Assembly (NCBI GenBank): GCA_001782235.1
Contig: MFOC01000002.1
Span: 42,912 to 106,911, forward strand
Length of the DNA stretch: 64,000 nt
Direction: 5' to 3'
From: Candidatus Levybacteria bacterium RIFCSPHIGHO2_02_FULL_40_18
GTDB lineage: Bacteria; Patescibacteriota; Microgenomatia; Levybacterales; GWA1-39-11
A program made the translations under genes and the position numbers. The notes beneath the pieces are model-generated. The model was not told the origin of the DNA. It ran no database searches and saw only the letters and a program-made list of their open reading frames with translations. Each line of letters opens with the position of its first letter. Position 1 is the stretch's first letter. Below, piece by piece: positions 28,116 through 36,560 of this stretch.

Positions 28116-29255
28116 CTATAAAATTCCCAAGATTTTAGCCTTGAACCTTTCGAATGAGAATCTATTAGCATTTTTACGGCAATCTTTCCCATTATAGCGG
28201 CTTGCCCGGAAGCTTTTCAACTTCGAAGCTAATGATTGAACGGTTTGTTTATCAAAAAATACACCGGTTTTCCCCTCGACTATAATCTCTTCTGCCCCAC
28301 CACCCCGAAACGCAATAACAGGCTTGTCGAAGGTTTGCGCTTCAACCATGGTTAATCCAAAATCTTCAACTCCGGGGAACACAAGTGTCTTGCAATTTGC
28401 GTAGTAATATTTAAGATCCGAATCAGAAACATATCCTAAAAAATCAACAGTCGGTCCCGCCATTTTTTTAAGACGATCGAATTCGCTTCCAGTTCCTATG
28501 ATCTTTAACGGCGCGCGAACCTTATTTGCCGCTTTTACAGCAAGGTCGATTCGTTTATAGGGAACTAGTCTCGAAACGATTAAAAAATAGTTTTGAATTT
28601 TGAATTTAGAATTTTGAATTTGTTTCGGATTTCGAATTTCGGATTTCGAATTTAATGGGCGCATCATTAATGGCGGATAAATAACTTCCGATTCTAATCC
28701 GTAATACTTTTTGATTCGACTTTGAACTGTTTCCGATATTGCAATCAATTTGTCTGGCCTTCGTGCTGCAATTTTGTCCCAAAAACGAAGATAGGAAACA
28801 ACCGGCCAAATTATAATTCGAAAAATTGGATTCGAAAAATAGTCTTTGTGTCCGCTCCAAAGATACCTTGTGGGCGTTAAAATAATCGAGATGTGTTTCG
28901 TCTGAGGTTTTGTAATAATGCCTTTTGCAGCCTCAGAAGTTAACGATATAACCAAATCGAAGTCTGAAAAATCGAACGATTCAAATGCAACTGGCATAAG
29001 AGTTGCAAAAACTTCATGATGAGAAGATGCAAACGGGATTTTTTGAAGGAACGACGTTTTTACTGGAATTTTTCTTGCCCAAGAAGCGCGGTCTTCTTTG
29101 TAAACTGATGTAAACAAAACCGAATCGGGAAAAATTTTGCGCAAAGCTATAATAACACGCTCCGCTCCACCCCACTTATTGACTCTATCATAAACCAACG
29201 CCACTTTCATGGGAAGATTATAACATCTTGACAAGTCAATACCAAACCTATACAA
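28116..29255 (-). CDS. family 4 glycosyltransferase (GT4)
   Basis: C-terminal GT-B motif VFPGVEDFGLTMVEAQTFDKPVIAFRGGGAEEII (E-x7-E). The interdomain linker carries a translated 7-nt tandem repeat. Confidence 0.8.
   Translation of the reverse strand: MYRFGIDLSRCYNLPMKVALVYDRVNKWGGAERVIIALRKIFPDSVLFTSVYKEDRASWARKIPVKTSFLQKIPFASSHHEVFATLMPVAFESFDFSDFDLVISLTSEAAKGIITKPQTKHISIILTPTRYLWSGHKDYFSNPIFRIIIWPVVSYLRFWDKIAARRPDKLIAISETVQSRIKKYYGLESEVIYPPLMMRPLNSKSEIRNPKQIQNSKFKIQNYFLIVSRLVPYKRIDLAVKAANKVRAPLKIIGTGSEFDRLKKMAGPTVDFLGYVSDSDLKYYYANCKTLVFPGVEDFGLTMVEAQTFDKPVIAFRGGGAEEIIVEGKTGVFFDKQTVQSLASKLKSFRASRYNGKDCRKNANRFSFERFKAKILGIL
28582..28648. repeat. in-CDS tandem 7-nt repeats (TTTGAAT x4 then TTCGRAT x4)
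   Basis: Tandem units read directly from the sequence. Translated as NSKSEIRNPKQIQNSKFKIQN in the GT4 interdomain linker. Confidence 0.7.
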
Positions 29256-29256
29256 T
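29228..29256 (+). promoter_or_regulatory. near-consensus sigma70-type promoter (TTGACA-17 nt-TACAAT) for the toxin-antitoxin operon
   Basis: TTGACA at 29228..29233, a 17-nt spacer, then TACAAT at 29251..29256. Lies 10 nt upstream of the antitoxin ATG at 29266. Confidence 0.5.
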
Positions 29257-29265
29257 CGTATTATT

Positions 29266-29553
29266 ATGCAGAGAGTAATAGTTCAAGTTCCAATGAGCCA
29301 AAGTTTAAAAAGCATGGCAGAAACTGTTGCTTCTGATATGGGTTTTTCGTCCTTACAGGAAGCAATTCGAGTCATCTTAACAAAGCTATCAAAAAAGCAG
29401 TTAACCTTAAGGATTGAGGAACCTGAAGAAATAACTGATCTCTCCCCCACCGCAGAAAGAAGATTTAAAAAAGCGCTTGCCGATATCAAAGCAGGAAAAA
29501 ATATCTATAAGCCAAAAAATAAAGAGGAATTCTTCAAAATGCTCCGTTCATGA
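29266..29553 (+). CDS. type II antitoxin (putative ribbon-helix-helix, RelB/DinJ-like)
   Basis: 95 aa. The ATGA overlap places its stop inside the toxin start codon. N-terminal beta-strand/helix pattern. Confidence 0.5.
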   Translation: MQRVIVQVPMSQSLKSMAETVASDMGFSSLQEAIRVILTKLSKKQLTLRIEEPEEITDLSPTAERRFKKALADIKAGKNIYKPKNKEEFFKMLRS

Positions 29554-29819
29554 AGACCTACTTCACGAAAAGTTTTAAAAGAGCATACAAGGAAAGAATT
29601 GAGTCTAATCCAAAATTAGTAAACAAATTCGAGGAAAGATATGACCTATTTTTAGAAGACCCTTCGAACCAACTTCTTTCAGATCACCCACTTGGCAAAA
29701 ACCTAACAGGATTTAGAGCATTTTCTGTCACTAAAGACGTAAGAGTCGTGTACCATATTCATAATAACATTGCCTATTTTATTGACATCGGCACCCACAC
29801 CCAAGTCTATAAAAAATAA
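29550..29819 (+). CDS. type II toxin, RelE/YoeB/ParE superfamily
   Basis: LGKNLTGFRAFSVTKDVRVVYHIHNN...IGTHTQVY parallels the YoeB/RelE core LKHNLSGFWSRRIT..RLVY...H.Y. 89 aa. Confidence 0.75.
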   Translation: MKTYFTKSFKRAYKERIESNPKLVNKFEERYDLFLEDPSNQLLSDHPLGKNLTGFRAFSVTKDVRVVYHIHNNIAYFIDIGTHTQVYKK

Positions 29820-29906
29820 GACACACCCAATTTTTGCGATAGCAACTTTTGGGTGTATAAAGTCTCTCGAAGAAGAGGTGTGGATCTAGACAACCCGGAG
29901 GGTTGA

Positions 29907-31043
29907 TTAGCTTGAAACCTTTTCTTTAACTGCCGAATTATAGATGCTTAGCGTTTGTTTCGCCATTTCTTTCCATGAGAATTGTTTGGCGCGCGTTTTG
30001 CCTTGGGCAATTAATTCTTTTCGGGATTCTTCGATTAATGAACACGCAAAGGAGATTTTCTGTTTTATATCACTTACATCGCTAGGGTTGCAATAGATAG
30101 CGGCGTTTGAACAAATTTCTCTATGGACGGGAATGTCTGAAACAATGACTGGACAGGAAAGAGACATTGCTTCAACTGCCGTCAATGAAAAGCCTTCTAA
30201 GAATGATGGAACGATGGTTGCTGTCGCATTGGAATAAAGCGAAAAAAGATCAGAATCTTTAACGTTCTCAAAAAATATCGTATTTGCCCCTATATTTAAT
30301 TTTTCTATTTGTTTTTCTATCCTTTTGAAAAAATAATCTCGTTTTCCAACCAAGATAAGCTTTACATCATGATTTTCGTAACTATCGTAGAGAAAATCTC
30401 TGAATGCTGAAAGCAATCCCTCAATATTTTTATGTGGATAGAAATTTCCTACACGCAAAATATATCTTCCTTCGATGAGTGGCGTGTGGCGGGTAGCACG
30501 TAGCAGGTGGTCGATGCCGCCTTCGTATGTCACCTCAACTTTAGAAGGATCAATATTGAGATAAGTTTTCAAAAGATCGTCGCGGACCGCATTTGAGGGA
30601 ACAATAATTTTTTTTGATCTATAAACCGCGTTTGATAAAACCGCATAGTATCCAATGCGTTTTACTAGATATAAGGATAAAGGCAATGTTGACGCTCGAC
30701 CCGTGTTAAATTTATTGACGATTAAATCATGAATCGTGACGATAAACGGCTTATGATAGAAAATTGGAACCGAAAAATATGGGAAATGCATCAAGTCCAG
30801 ATTTTCCTTGTTTAAAAGCTTGGGAAATAAGACTTGTTCGGTAACTGAATGCCAAGGAAAATCTGCTTTGACAACTGACAACTGACCACTGACAACTGAC
30901 TTAATTGCTTTTTCATCATCTGTACGAGCAAACAAGATATATTCGTTTTTTTTGTCGAGCTGAATAAGATTCGAAACAAGATTACGAATGTAACGCCCTA
31001 CTCCTGTTTCATTCCAAAGCCGAACATCAATACCAATCCTCAT
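29907..31043 (-). CDS. family 4 glycosyltransferase (GT4)
   Basis: GT-B C-domain motif VPSFLEGFSLTAVEAMSLSCPVIVSD. Carries the in-CDS 7-mer repeat ACAACTG x4. Confidence 0.8.
   Translation of the reverse strand: MRIGIDVRLWNETGVGRYIRNLVSNLIQLDKKNEYILFARTDDEKAIKSVVSGQLSVVKADFPWHSVTEQVLFPKLLNKENLDLMHFPYFSVPIFYHKPFIVTIHDLIVNKFNTGRASTLPLSLYLVKRIGYYAVLSNAVYRSKKIIVPSNAVRDDLLKTYLNIDPSKVEVTYEGGIDHLLRATRHTPLIEGRYILRVGNFYPHKNIEGLLSAFRDFLYDSYENHDVKLILVGKRDYFFKRIEKQIEKLNIGANTIFFENVKDSDLFSLYSNATATIVPSFLEGFSLTAVEAMSLSCPVIVSDIPVHREICSNAAIYCNPSDVSDIKQKISFACSLIEESRKELIAQGKTRAKQFSWKEMAKQTLSIYNSAVKEKVSS
30870..30900. repeat. in-CDS tandem 7-nt repeat (ACAACTG x4, one variant ACCACTG)
   Basis: Read directly. 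Translated as SVVSGQLSVV near the GT4 N-terminus. Confidence 0.7.
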
Positions 31044-31083
31044 GGTTTTAAGTTGTAAGTTTTAAGATGTAAGTAATTTCTTA
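31044..31083 (-). promoter_or_regulatory. conserved 5' leader motif shared by two adjacent GT genes
   Basis: Coding-strand sequence GAAATTACTTACATCTTAAAACTTACAACTTAAAACC sits directly before the ATG. Paralogous copy at 31990..32030. Confidence 0.45.
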
Positions 31084-31101
31084 AATCGTATATCATACAT
31101 T

Positions 31102-31989
31102 TTACCAACCAGAGATACGCTTCTTTAACGCAATTCCAGTTAGCACCAACATCCTAATTATACTTGGGTATTTATCTTTGTAGTGTTTATCATAAAAGAT
31201 TCTCATAGCGGCAAATCTTGCTTCATGGGCTCTTTTTCTTATTTCGCGGGTTGCGGTTGAATAGCTTTTTGAATCTTTTTTAAGTCCGCCGGATACCCCT
31301 TTATAATGAAGGATTTCAAATTCTGGAACAAAATAAATTTTCCAACCCCGCTCTTTTAACCTGTAACAAAAATCAATATCCTCACCGTACCAAAAGAAAT
31401 CCTCATCCCACCATCTCACCTGTTCCCCTGCTTCTCTCCTGACCAACATAAATGCGCCAGCTAAAGCGTCAACCTCATGAGTTTTGTTTAAGTCTAAATG
31501 TCCCAAACTGTATCCTGCAAATATTTTTGATTTTTTAAACAATTTCGAAAGACTTGAAAAATGCGACAATGCTCTCCATGGTGTTGGAAATCCTCTATGG
31601 GAAGCGTCGTCAAGTCTGCCACTTGGCAGGCGAACAAAACATGTTGCAGCGCCCGCATCTTTATTATGATCCATAAACTCAACCACCCCGTCAATTGTAT
31701 TTTCATAAACAACCGTATCCGTGTTCAAAAACAGAACAAACCGGCCTCTTGCTTCTTTAACGCCAATATTATTTGCTCGTGAAAAACCTACATTTTCCTT
31801 ATTTTGAATAAGTTTTAAGTTTGCGAGCTTAAGTTTTAAGATTTCACTGACTGAATCGTCCTCTGAATTATTATCAACCACGATTATTTCATAAGAATTC
31901 TTTTTAACTGTCCGAACAATCGATCGAATACATTCAATTGTCAAATCCCGGGTATTAAAGGAGACAATAATGATAGATAGGTCAACCAT
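31102..31989 (-). CDS. family 2 glycosyltransferase (GT2)
   Basis: N-terminus LSIIIVSFNTRDLT...VVDNNSED, and DxD region. Confidence 0.8.
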   Translation of the reverse strand: MVDLSIIIVSFNTRDLTIECIRSIVRTVKKNSYEIIVVDNNSEDDSVSEILKLKLANLKLIQNKENVGFSRANNIGVKEARGRFVLFLNTDTVVYENTIDGVVEFMDHNKDAGAATCFVRLPSGRLDDASHRGFPTPWRALSHFSSLSKLFKKSKIFAGYSLGHLDLNKTHEVDALAGAFMLVRREAGEQVRWWDEDFFWYGEDIDFCYRLKERGWKIYFVPEFEILHYKGVSGGLKKDSKSYSTATREIRKRAHEARFAAMRIFYDKHYKDKYPSIIRMLVLTGIALKKRISGW

Positions 31990-32030
31990 ACTAGCTTTTA
32001 AGTTTTACGATGTAAGATTTAAGTAATTTC
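31990..32030 (-). promoter_or_regulatory. second copy of the conserved GT-gene leader motif
   Basis: Coding-strand GAAATTACTTAAATCTTACATCGTAAAACTTAAAAGCTAGT before the ATG at 31989. Shares GAAATTACTTA.ATCTTA and AACTTAAAA with the 31044 copy. Confidence 0.45.
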
Positions 32031-32059
32031 ATACATCTTAGATCTTACAACTTACCTAC

Positions 32060-33229
32060 TTATAGGTTATTCCAAACTGTGTTTAGGTTATTGCCGATTA
32101 CCTTCCAAGAATACTCACGCTCAACCAGTTTCCGAGCGTTTCTTGCTAGTCTTCTTCTTAAGTTTAAATCATCTAACATCTTTTCAAGCCTCTCTTTAAA
32201 TTCCGATTCTTCGATTACGACCACCAAGTGCTCTCCGTCTTTTACGTCAAGCCCTTCAAGTCTTTGGGAAAGAGAAATAACAGGAACACCGGCAGCCATA
32301 GCCTCAAGAATCTTAAAGTTTGTACCCCCACCGAGTCTGATAGGAGCAACCATTACATCCGCTTTTTCATACTCATCTTGAATCTTAGGAACAAACTCAT
32401 TAATTATAACCCTGTTGTCATCCGCGAACTTCAAATCTCTTGCTTTCTTCCCAATAATTGTTAAAGTTATATCATTGCCTAAATTCTTAAAGACGGAGTC
32501 ATAGAAATAATTAATTGCGTCTATATTTGGAAAATAAGTAAAATTTCCTACAAATAGAAGTTTCGTTCCTCTTCTTTTTTTAGGAAGATTGAATTTATAA
32601 TCATCAATATCAACGCCGTTTCGTATTATTTCGCATTCGCCAACATACTTTCTTACTTCACGAGCATCGGTATCAGAAACCGTAATGCAAAGATCGGCCT
32701 TTTTAAACAGCGCTGTTTCTTCGCTGCGAATTTTGTCAACCTGGAATTCATATAGAGGTCTTATAAGGATATTCGTTTTTTGTGCGTATTCGCCATACAT
32801 CTTGTATTCAATATTCTCAGTTCCGAATACCTGCTTTGCTCCAAGATTTCTAATCTTATCCGATATATAAAAGGCTGTATAAAAAGATTCAAAGTGAACA
32901 ATGTCGATTTTCTTATCAGCGATAATCCGCAGTAAATCCGTGAGAATCGAGGATGTGAGGTAAAGAGTTTTAAAAATTGAATCACCGGAGAATAAACCCA
33001 ATATATTTCTTATATCCCTTACCTTTCTGCGGCTGGTTATTCCCGCGACTTCAACGCCTATCTTTTCCATTTCTACAACCGAATCCCTCCATGCATTATC
33101 TCTTACAAAAGAGAATAAATATTTCTTAATATCGACTCCAGAATATTTAAGCATATGATAGGCACGATTCTTTCCCCCGGTATTCGTGGGATAAGGAAAA
33201 TCATAAGTGACAAATAAGACTTTTTTCAT
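32060..33229 (-). CDS. family 4 glycosyltransferase (GT4)
   Basis: N-terminal MKKVLFVTYDFPYPTNTGG and C-terminal GGGTNFKILEAMAAGVPVIS. Confidence 0.8.
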   Translation of the reverse strand: MKKVLFVTYDFPYPTNTGGKNRAYHMLKYSGVDIKKYLFSFVRDNAWRDSVVEMEKIGVEVAGITSRRKVRDIRNILGLFSGDSIFKTLYLTSSILTDLLRIIADKKIDIVHFESFYTAFYISDKIRNLGAKQVFGTENIEYKMYGEYAQKTNILIRPLYEFQVDKIRSEETALFKKADLCITVSDTDAREVRKYVGECEIIRNGVDIDDYKFNLPKKRRGTKLLFVGNFTYFPNIDAINYFYDSVFKNLGNDITLTIIGKKARDLKFADDNRVIINEFVPKIQDEYEKADVMVAPIRLGGGTNFKILEAMAAGVPVISLSQRLEGLDVKDGEHLVVVIEESEFKERLEKMLDDLNLRRRLARNARKLVEREYSWKVIGNNLNTVWNNL

Positions 33230-34701
33230 TTTAGTTTTAATATCAAATACTCTTTGCTTGACGAAACGTGTTCATACATTGTCCCGAATCCGCTAAAATC
33301 ACTTGGGGTGGGATTTGCAATTACCAAATGCGTTGCGCCCCGCTCGATCAATTTTTCAATTGGTTCTTGAAATGTGGGCCAGCCGCGCCTTGCGCTCATA
33401 TTAAGCAGGGTTGTGCTTCCGTCATAAGGCGCAATTACGATTGCATCTTTTGGCAAAATCTCATCGGCTCTCTTTCCGGCCGCAACCATTCCCCGATCAT
33501 TAATATTGAAGTAATCCCGAACCAGCATCCACGAAAAATAAAAGGATGTCAAAATTAAAACCCCGAGAACGGCAGATGCAGTAACGTGATTGCTCTTCTC
33601 GGAGGTGAATTCGAATAATTTACTTGCTCCAAGACCGGCAAAGATACTAATTGTAGGAATTATGGCAATTTGATAATAGTCGTGTCTTACGTTACCCGTT
33701 GCTATAACCGAAACATAAAGCGCCGATGCAACAGCAAATGAAAGAAAAAATCCCGCATTCTTATCTAACTGCCACCCATTCGACTCACTCCGTTTACTCA
33801 AGGCAAACAAGCCACCTGCCACGAACAAAATTCCTACATACCCCAGTATCAATTTCGTTATTCTTTCAAAACCAAGCCACCTAAAAAATGCCGGTCGGAA
33901 ACGAATTCCGTCACCATTGAAAAGCCAACTTGACGCTGGAATTCCTTCCGGGAAATGTCCTATCCACCACCGCCAAAGAGTAAAAGGCACTAAAGATAAA
34001 ATTGCGAACACCCAGAGTTGCCATTTTTTTATAAAATCGACCCCGAACGCCTTCCACGCTAAATACGCCATTGGCAGTGTAAAGAAAAGAGCATAAGGCT
34101 TGAGCAAAAGCGCCAGTGCTGTAAAAAGAATTGATAAACCGAATGGCACCAAATACTTTATACTTAATACTTTATACTTAATACTTTTTTCGAGCCAGCG
34201 ATCGAAAAAATAAATTCCTCCAAGAATCGATGCTGCCATAGATGGATCAGGGAGAATTGTCCGTCCAAAAAATATCGAAAATGGCAGAAAAAGATAAAAA
34301 AGGCCGGCAAAAAATCCGGCAAGTTCACTTGCATATCTCTTCACTAAAAGATAGACAAAACATGCTCCTGCAAGACTTGCGAAAATAGAAATCAATCTGC
34401 CCCATTGTTCGAGCGCTAATATTCCGAATACGCCGAATAAACCTGCCTGGACTGCGTTATAAATCGGGAACTCTACAAATCGGTACCCACTTGGATTGTC
34501 AGTGCCAGATTGAATATTTGAGATATCAAAATACCGGGGGTATAAAAGGTTTATACTATCGCGAGCAAAAATTGTCGATACTGCATTTGTGTCGCTCTGC
34601 CTGAAAGCATGCCAATCCGCCACCGGATTATCAAACCTATAAAGCCTAACAATAAATCCAAGCACAAAAATCCCCACCAAAACCCAAGAAATCCTTCTCA
34701 T
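33226..34701 (-). CDS. GT-C fold polytopic membrane glycosyltransferase (ArnT/PMT-like, family 39/83-like)
   Basis: ~12 TM helices. First extracytoplasmic loop has the conserved acidic/aromatic region RFDNPVADWHAFRQSDT typical of lipid-phosphate-sugar dependent GT-C enzymes. Confidence 0.55.
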   Translation of the reverse strand: MRRISWVLVGIFVLGFIVRLYRFDNPVADWHAFRQSDTNAVSTIFARDSINLLYPRYFDISNIQSGTDNPSGYRFVEFPIYNAVQAGLFGVFGILALEQWGRLISIFASLAGACFVYLLVKRYASELAGFFAGLFYLFLPFSIFFGRTILPDPSMAASILGGIYFFDRWLEKSIKYKVLSIKYLVPFGLSILFTALALLLKPYALFFTLPMAYLAWKAFGVDFIKKWQLWVFAILSLVPFTLWRWWIGHFPEGIPASSWLFNGDGIRFRPAFFRWLGFERITKLILGYVGILFVAGGLFALSKRSESNGWQLDKNAGFFLSFAVASALYVSVIATGNVRHDYYQIAIIPTISIFAGLGASKLFEFTSEKSNHVTASAVLGVLILTSFYFSWMLVRDYFNINDRGMVAAGKRADEILPKDAIVIAPYDGSTTLLNMSARRGWPTFQEPIEKLIERGATHLVIANPTPSDFSGFGTMYEHVSSSKEYLILKLK

Positions 34702-34760
34702 AAGCTTAATTCTAGTTTATTTTATAGCATCAATCAAACTTTTTGTTATAATCTCGAGAA

Positions 34761-35705
34761 ATGGAAAGAGAGCCTATTCTTCCGCCAGAAAAAATAAATC
34801 TTTCTGAATTTGTGGAAAACCCGCATGCTACAATCAGGCAAGCGAATCGTCTGCATCTTGAAATCGCAAGAACAGCAATTGCAAGTAGAGGAATAGAAGG
34901 TGCCATGCAATACGGACCAATGTTTTTATCATTCTGGGTTTATAGAATCCGAGGTAGAGATAGAGCTCGCGCTCTTAAATCCTCTTATTTTTGGCTAAGA
35001 CACGCTGATGATATTGCTGATGGAGATAAGCCGTTGCCCCGCGGTTATTCCTCAAAAGAAGACTTTCTCTTAGAAAAAAAGGGGCTCGCTCGAAAGATTT
35101 TGACAGGCAGCGCCACTGACATTTTTGGAGATAAAGAGGACGTCCTTCTTTTGGATTTTGCATTTGCGACAAGAAGATTAAACATTGATTTAAGTGAGGA
35201 AACATTAGCGATTTTAGACACCATAATCTTCGACGAAGAAAGAAGTCGGACTGGAAGACTTCCTAAACAAGCGGAACTAGATGATTACTTCGATAAACTA
35301 GACTTCGCCTGCGTAGAAGGAGGTCTAAAACTCGCTGGAGAAAATTATAACAAAGAGGAAGTTGCTGATATAACCATGGCTGTTCGAACAATGTTTAATC
35401 TACGAGATATTACAAAAGACATGAGGGCAGGAATAATTAATATATCCTCTGAAGATATAGAGAGTTACGGAATTGATTTGGACAGATGTAAAAATGCTCC
35501 TACGCTCTCAGACCTTTTGAATTATGATCCGATCAGGAGATGGTACACAGATCAGATGCTTGCTTGCTCTGATTATTTGGAAAGGTCGGAAAAGAGCCTC
35601 GCCGGTATTAGAATGAAGCCCGAAACGCGCTTCGCTCTATCTTTCAATTCAAAAAGGGTTGTGAGAAATAAACTACGAAAGCTTAACAAATTACTAGCTC
35701 AATAA
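34761..35705 (+). CDS. squalene/phytoene synthase (SQS_PSY) family isoprenoid synthase
   Basis: FWLRHADDIADGD matches the first Asp-rich region (YAFCRxVDDIVD). MFNLRDITKDMRAGIINISSEDIESYGI matches the SQS_PSY signature-2 pattern NI.RDI.ED...GR.YLP.E.L..FGV. Confidence 0.55.
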   Translation: MEREPILPPEKINLSEFVENPHATIRQANRLHLEIARTAIASRGIEGAMQYGPMFLSFWVYRIRGRDRARALKSSYFWLRHADDIADGDKPLPRGYSSKEDFLLEKKGLARKILTGSATDIFGDKEDVLLLDFAFATRRLNIDLSEETLAILDTIIFDEERSRTGRLPKQAELDDYFDKLDFACVEGGLKLAGENYNKEEVADITMAVRTMFNLRDITKDMRAGIINISSEDIESYGIDLDRCKNAPTLSDLLNYDPIRRWYTDQMLACSDYLERSEKSLAGIRMKPETRFALSFNSKRVVRNKLRKLNKLLAQ

Positions 35706-36530
35706 AATGATTAGTGGTACACTAGTGGTACACCCGTCGGGTGAATTAGCTTGGCACCTCACGGCATTTACTCTAAAATTAGATTTTTTATCTTTGCAAG
35801 ATTTCTCTGGTAACCAACCCCATCATTAATAAATTCGCTATATTTCTTCGATCCACCAAATATATTCAAAAGGAATTCAGTTTTTACGAAACTCGCACTT
35901 TTATCTTGGAAGTAAAACTGATAAGACGTATAGGGGTAATTTTTAAGATCGCCAACTTCAATAATATGTGCCGTTACAGGATTTAGATGAATATAACGCG
36001 ATATATGCATAAAATCCTCAGTATCCTCTATCCGCCTACTCTTAAAGGGATTTTGAAACAAACTCCCGTTTCGATCATGTTTTGTATTAAAATATTTGGC
36101 AAAACTATTTTGGACATTAGATGCGAAGATTTTTATTCCATCATCTCGTAATTGCTCCACCAATAAATGGTAATGGTTAGGCATAAAAGCAAATGCATAA
36201 ATTTCGACTAATGGAAAATGATCTTTCACACCAGACAGATATGAATCTCTTAGCTTTATGGTCATTTGTTTAAACTTGGAATATCTCATTGACTGTTGAT
36301 ATCGATAGAAATCAACCGAGTTAACAATCTGAGTCAAATGCCTTAATGAAGAGAATATTGTTTCATTTCCTACGGACTTATTGAAGATATGATAAATTTC
36401 CCCAGTAGCCAATACATCTCTTTTTGCCGACATATCTCAGACTACTATAGAATCCGTAGGGTGTCAATACAATACCACCCGTCGGGTGTATTCGTTTGGA
36501 CCCGTCGCTCAGTCCGCCCCAATTAATCCG
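35706..36530. mobile_element. IS200/IS605-family (RAYT-type) element: Y1 HuH transposase flanked by subterminal hairpins
   Basis: Transposase ORF flanked on both sides by the motif ACCCGTCGGGTG (35733..35752 and 36476..36495, same orientation). Right flank also has the direct repeat TAGTGGTACAC x2. Confidence 0.7.
35768..36433 (-). CDS. REP-associated tyrosine transposase (RAYT) / IS200-like TnpA
   Basis: YHIFNKSVGNETIF (YH..RG motif), HuH motif MPNHYHLLV, and catalytic-Tyr region RYIHLNPVTAHII...NYPYTSY. Confidence 0.8.
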   Translation of the reverse strand: MSAKRDVLATGEIYHIFNKSVGNETIFSSLRHLTQIVNSVDFYRYQQSMRYSKFKQMTIKLRDSYLSGVKDHFPLVEIYAFAFMPNHYHLLVEQLRDDGIKIFASNVQNSFAKYFNTKHDRNGSLFQNPFKSRRIEDTEDFMHISRYIHLNPVTAHIIEVGDLKNYPYTSYQFYFQDKSASFVKTEFLLNIFGGSKKYSEFINDGVGYQRNLAKIKNLILE

Positions 36531-36560
36531 CCTCATTAGCTTTATTGTATCAAAAAAACG

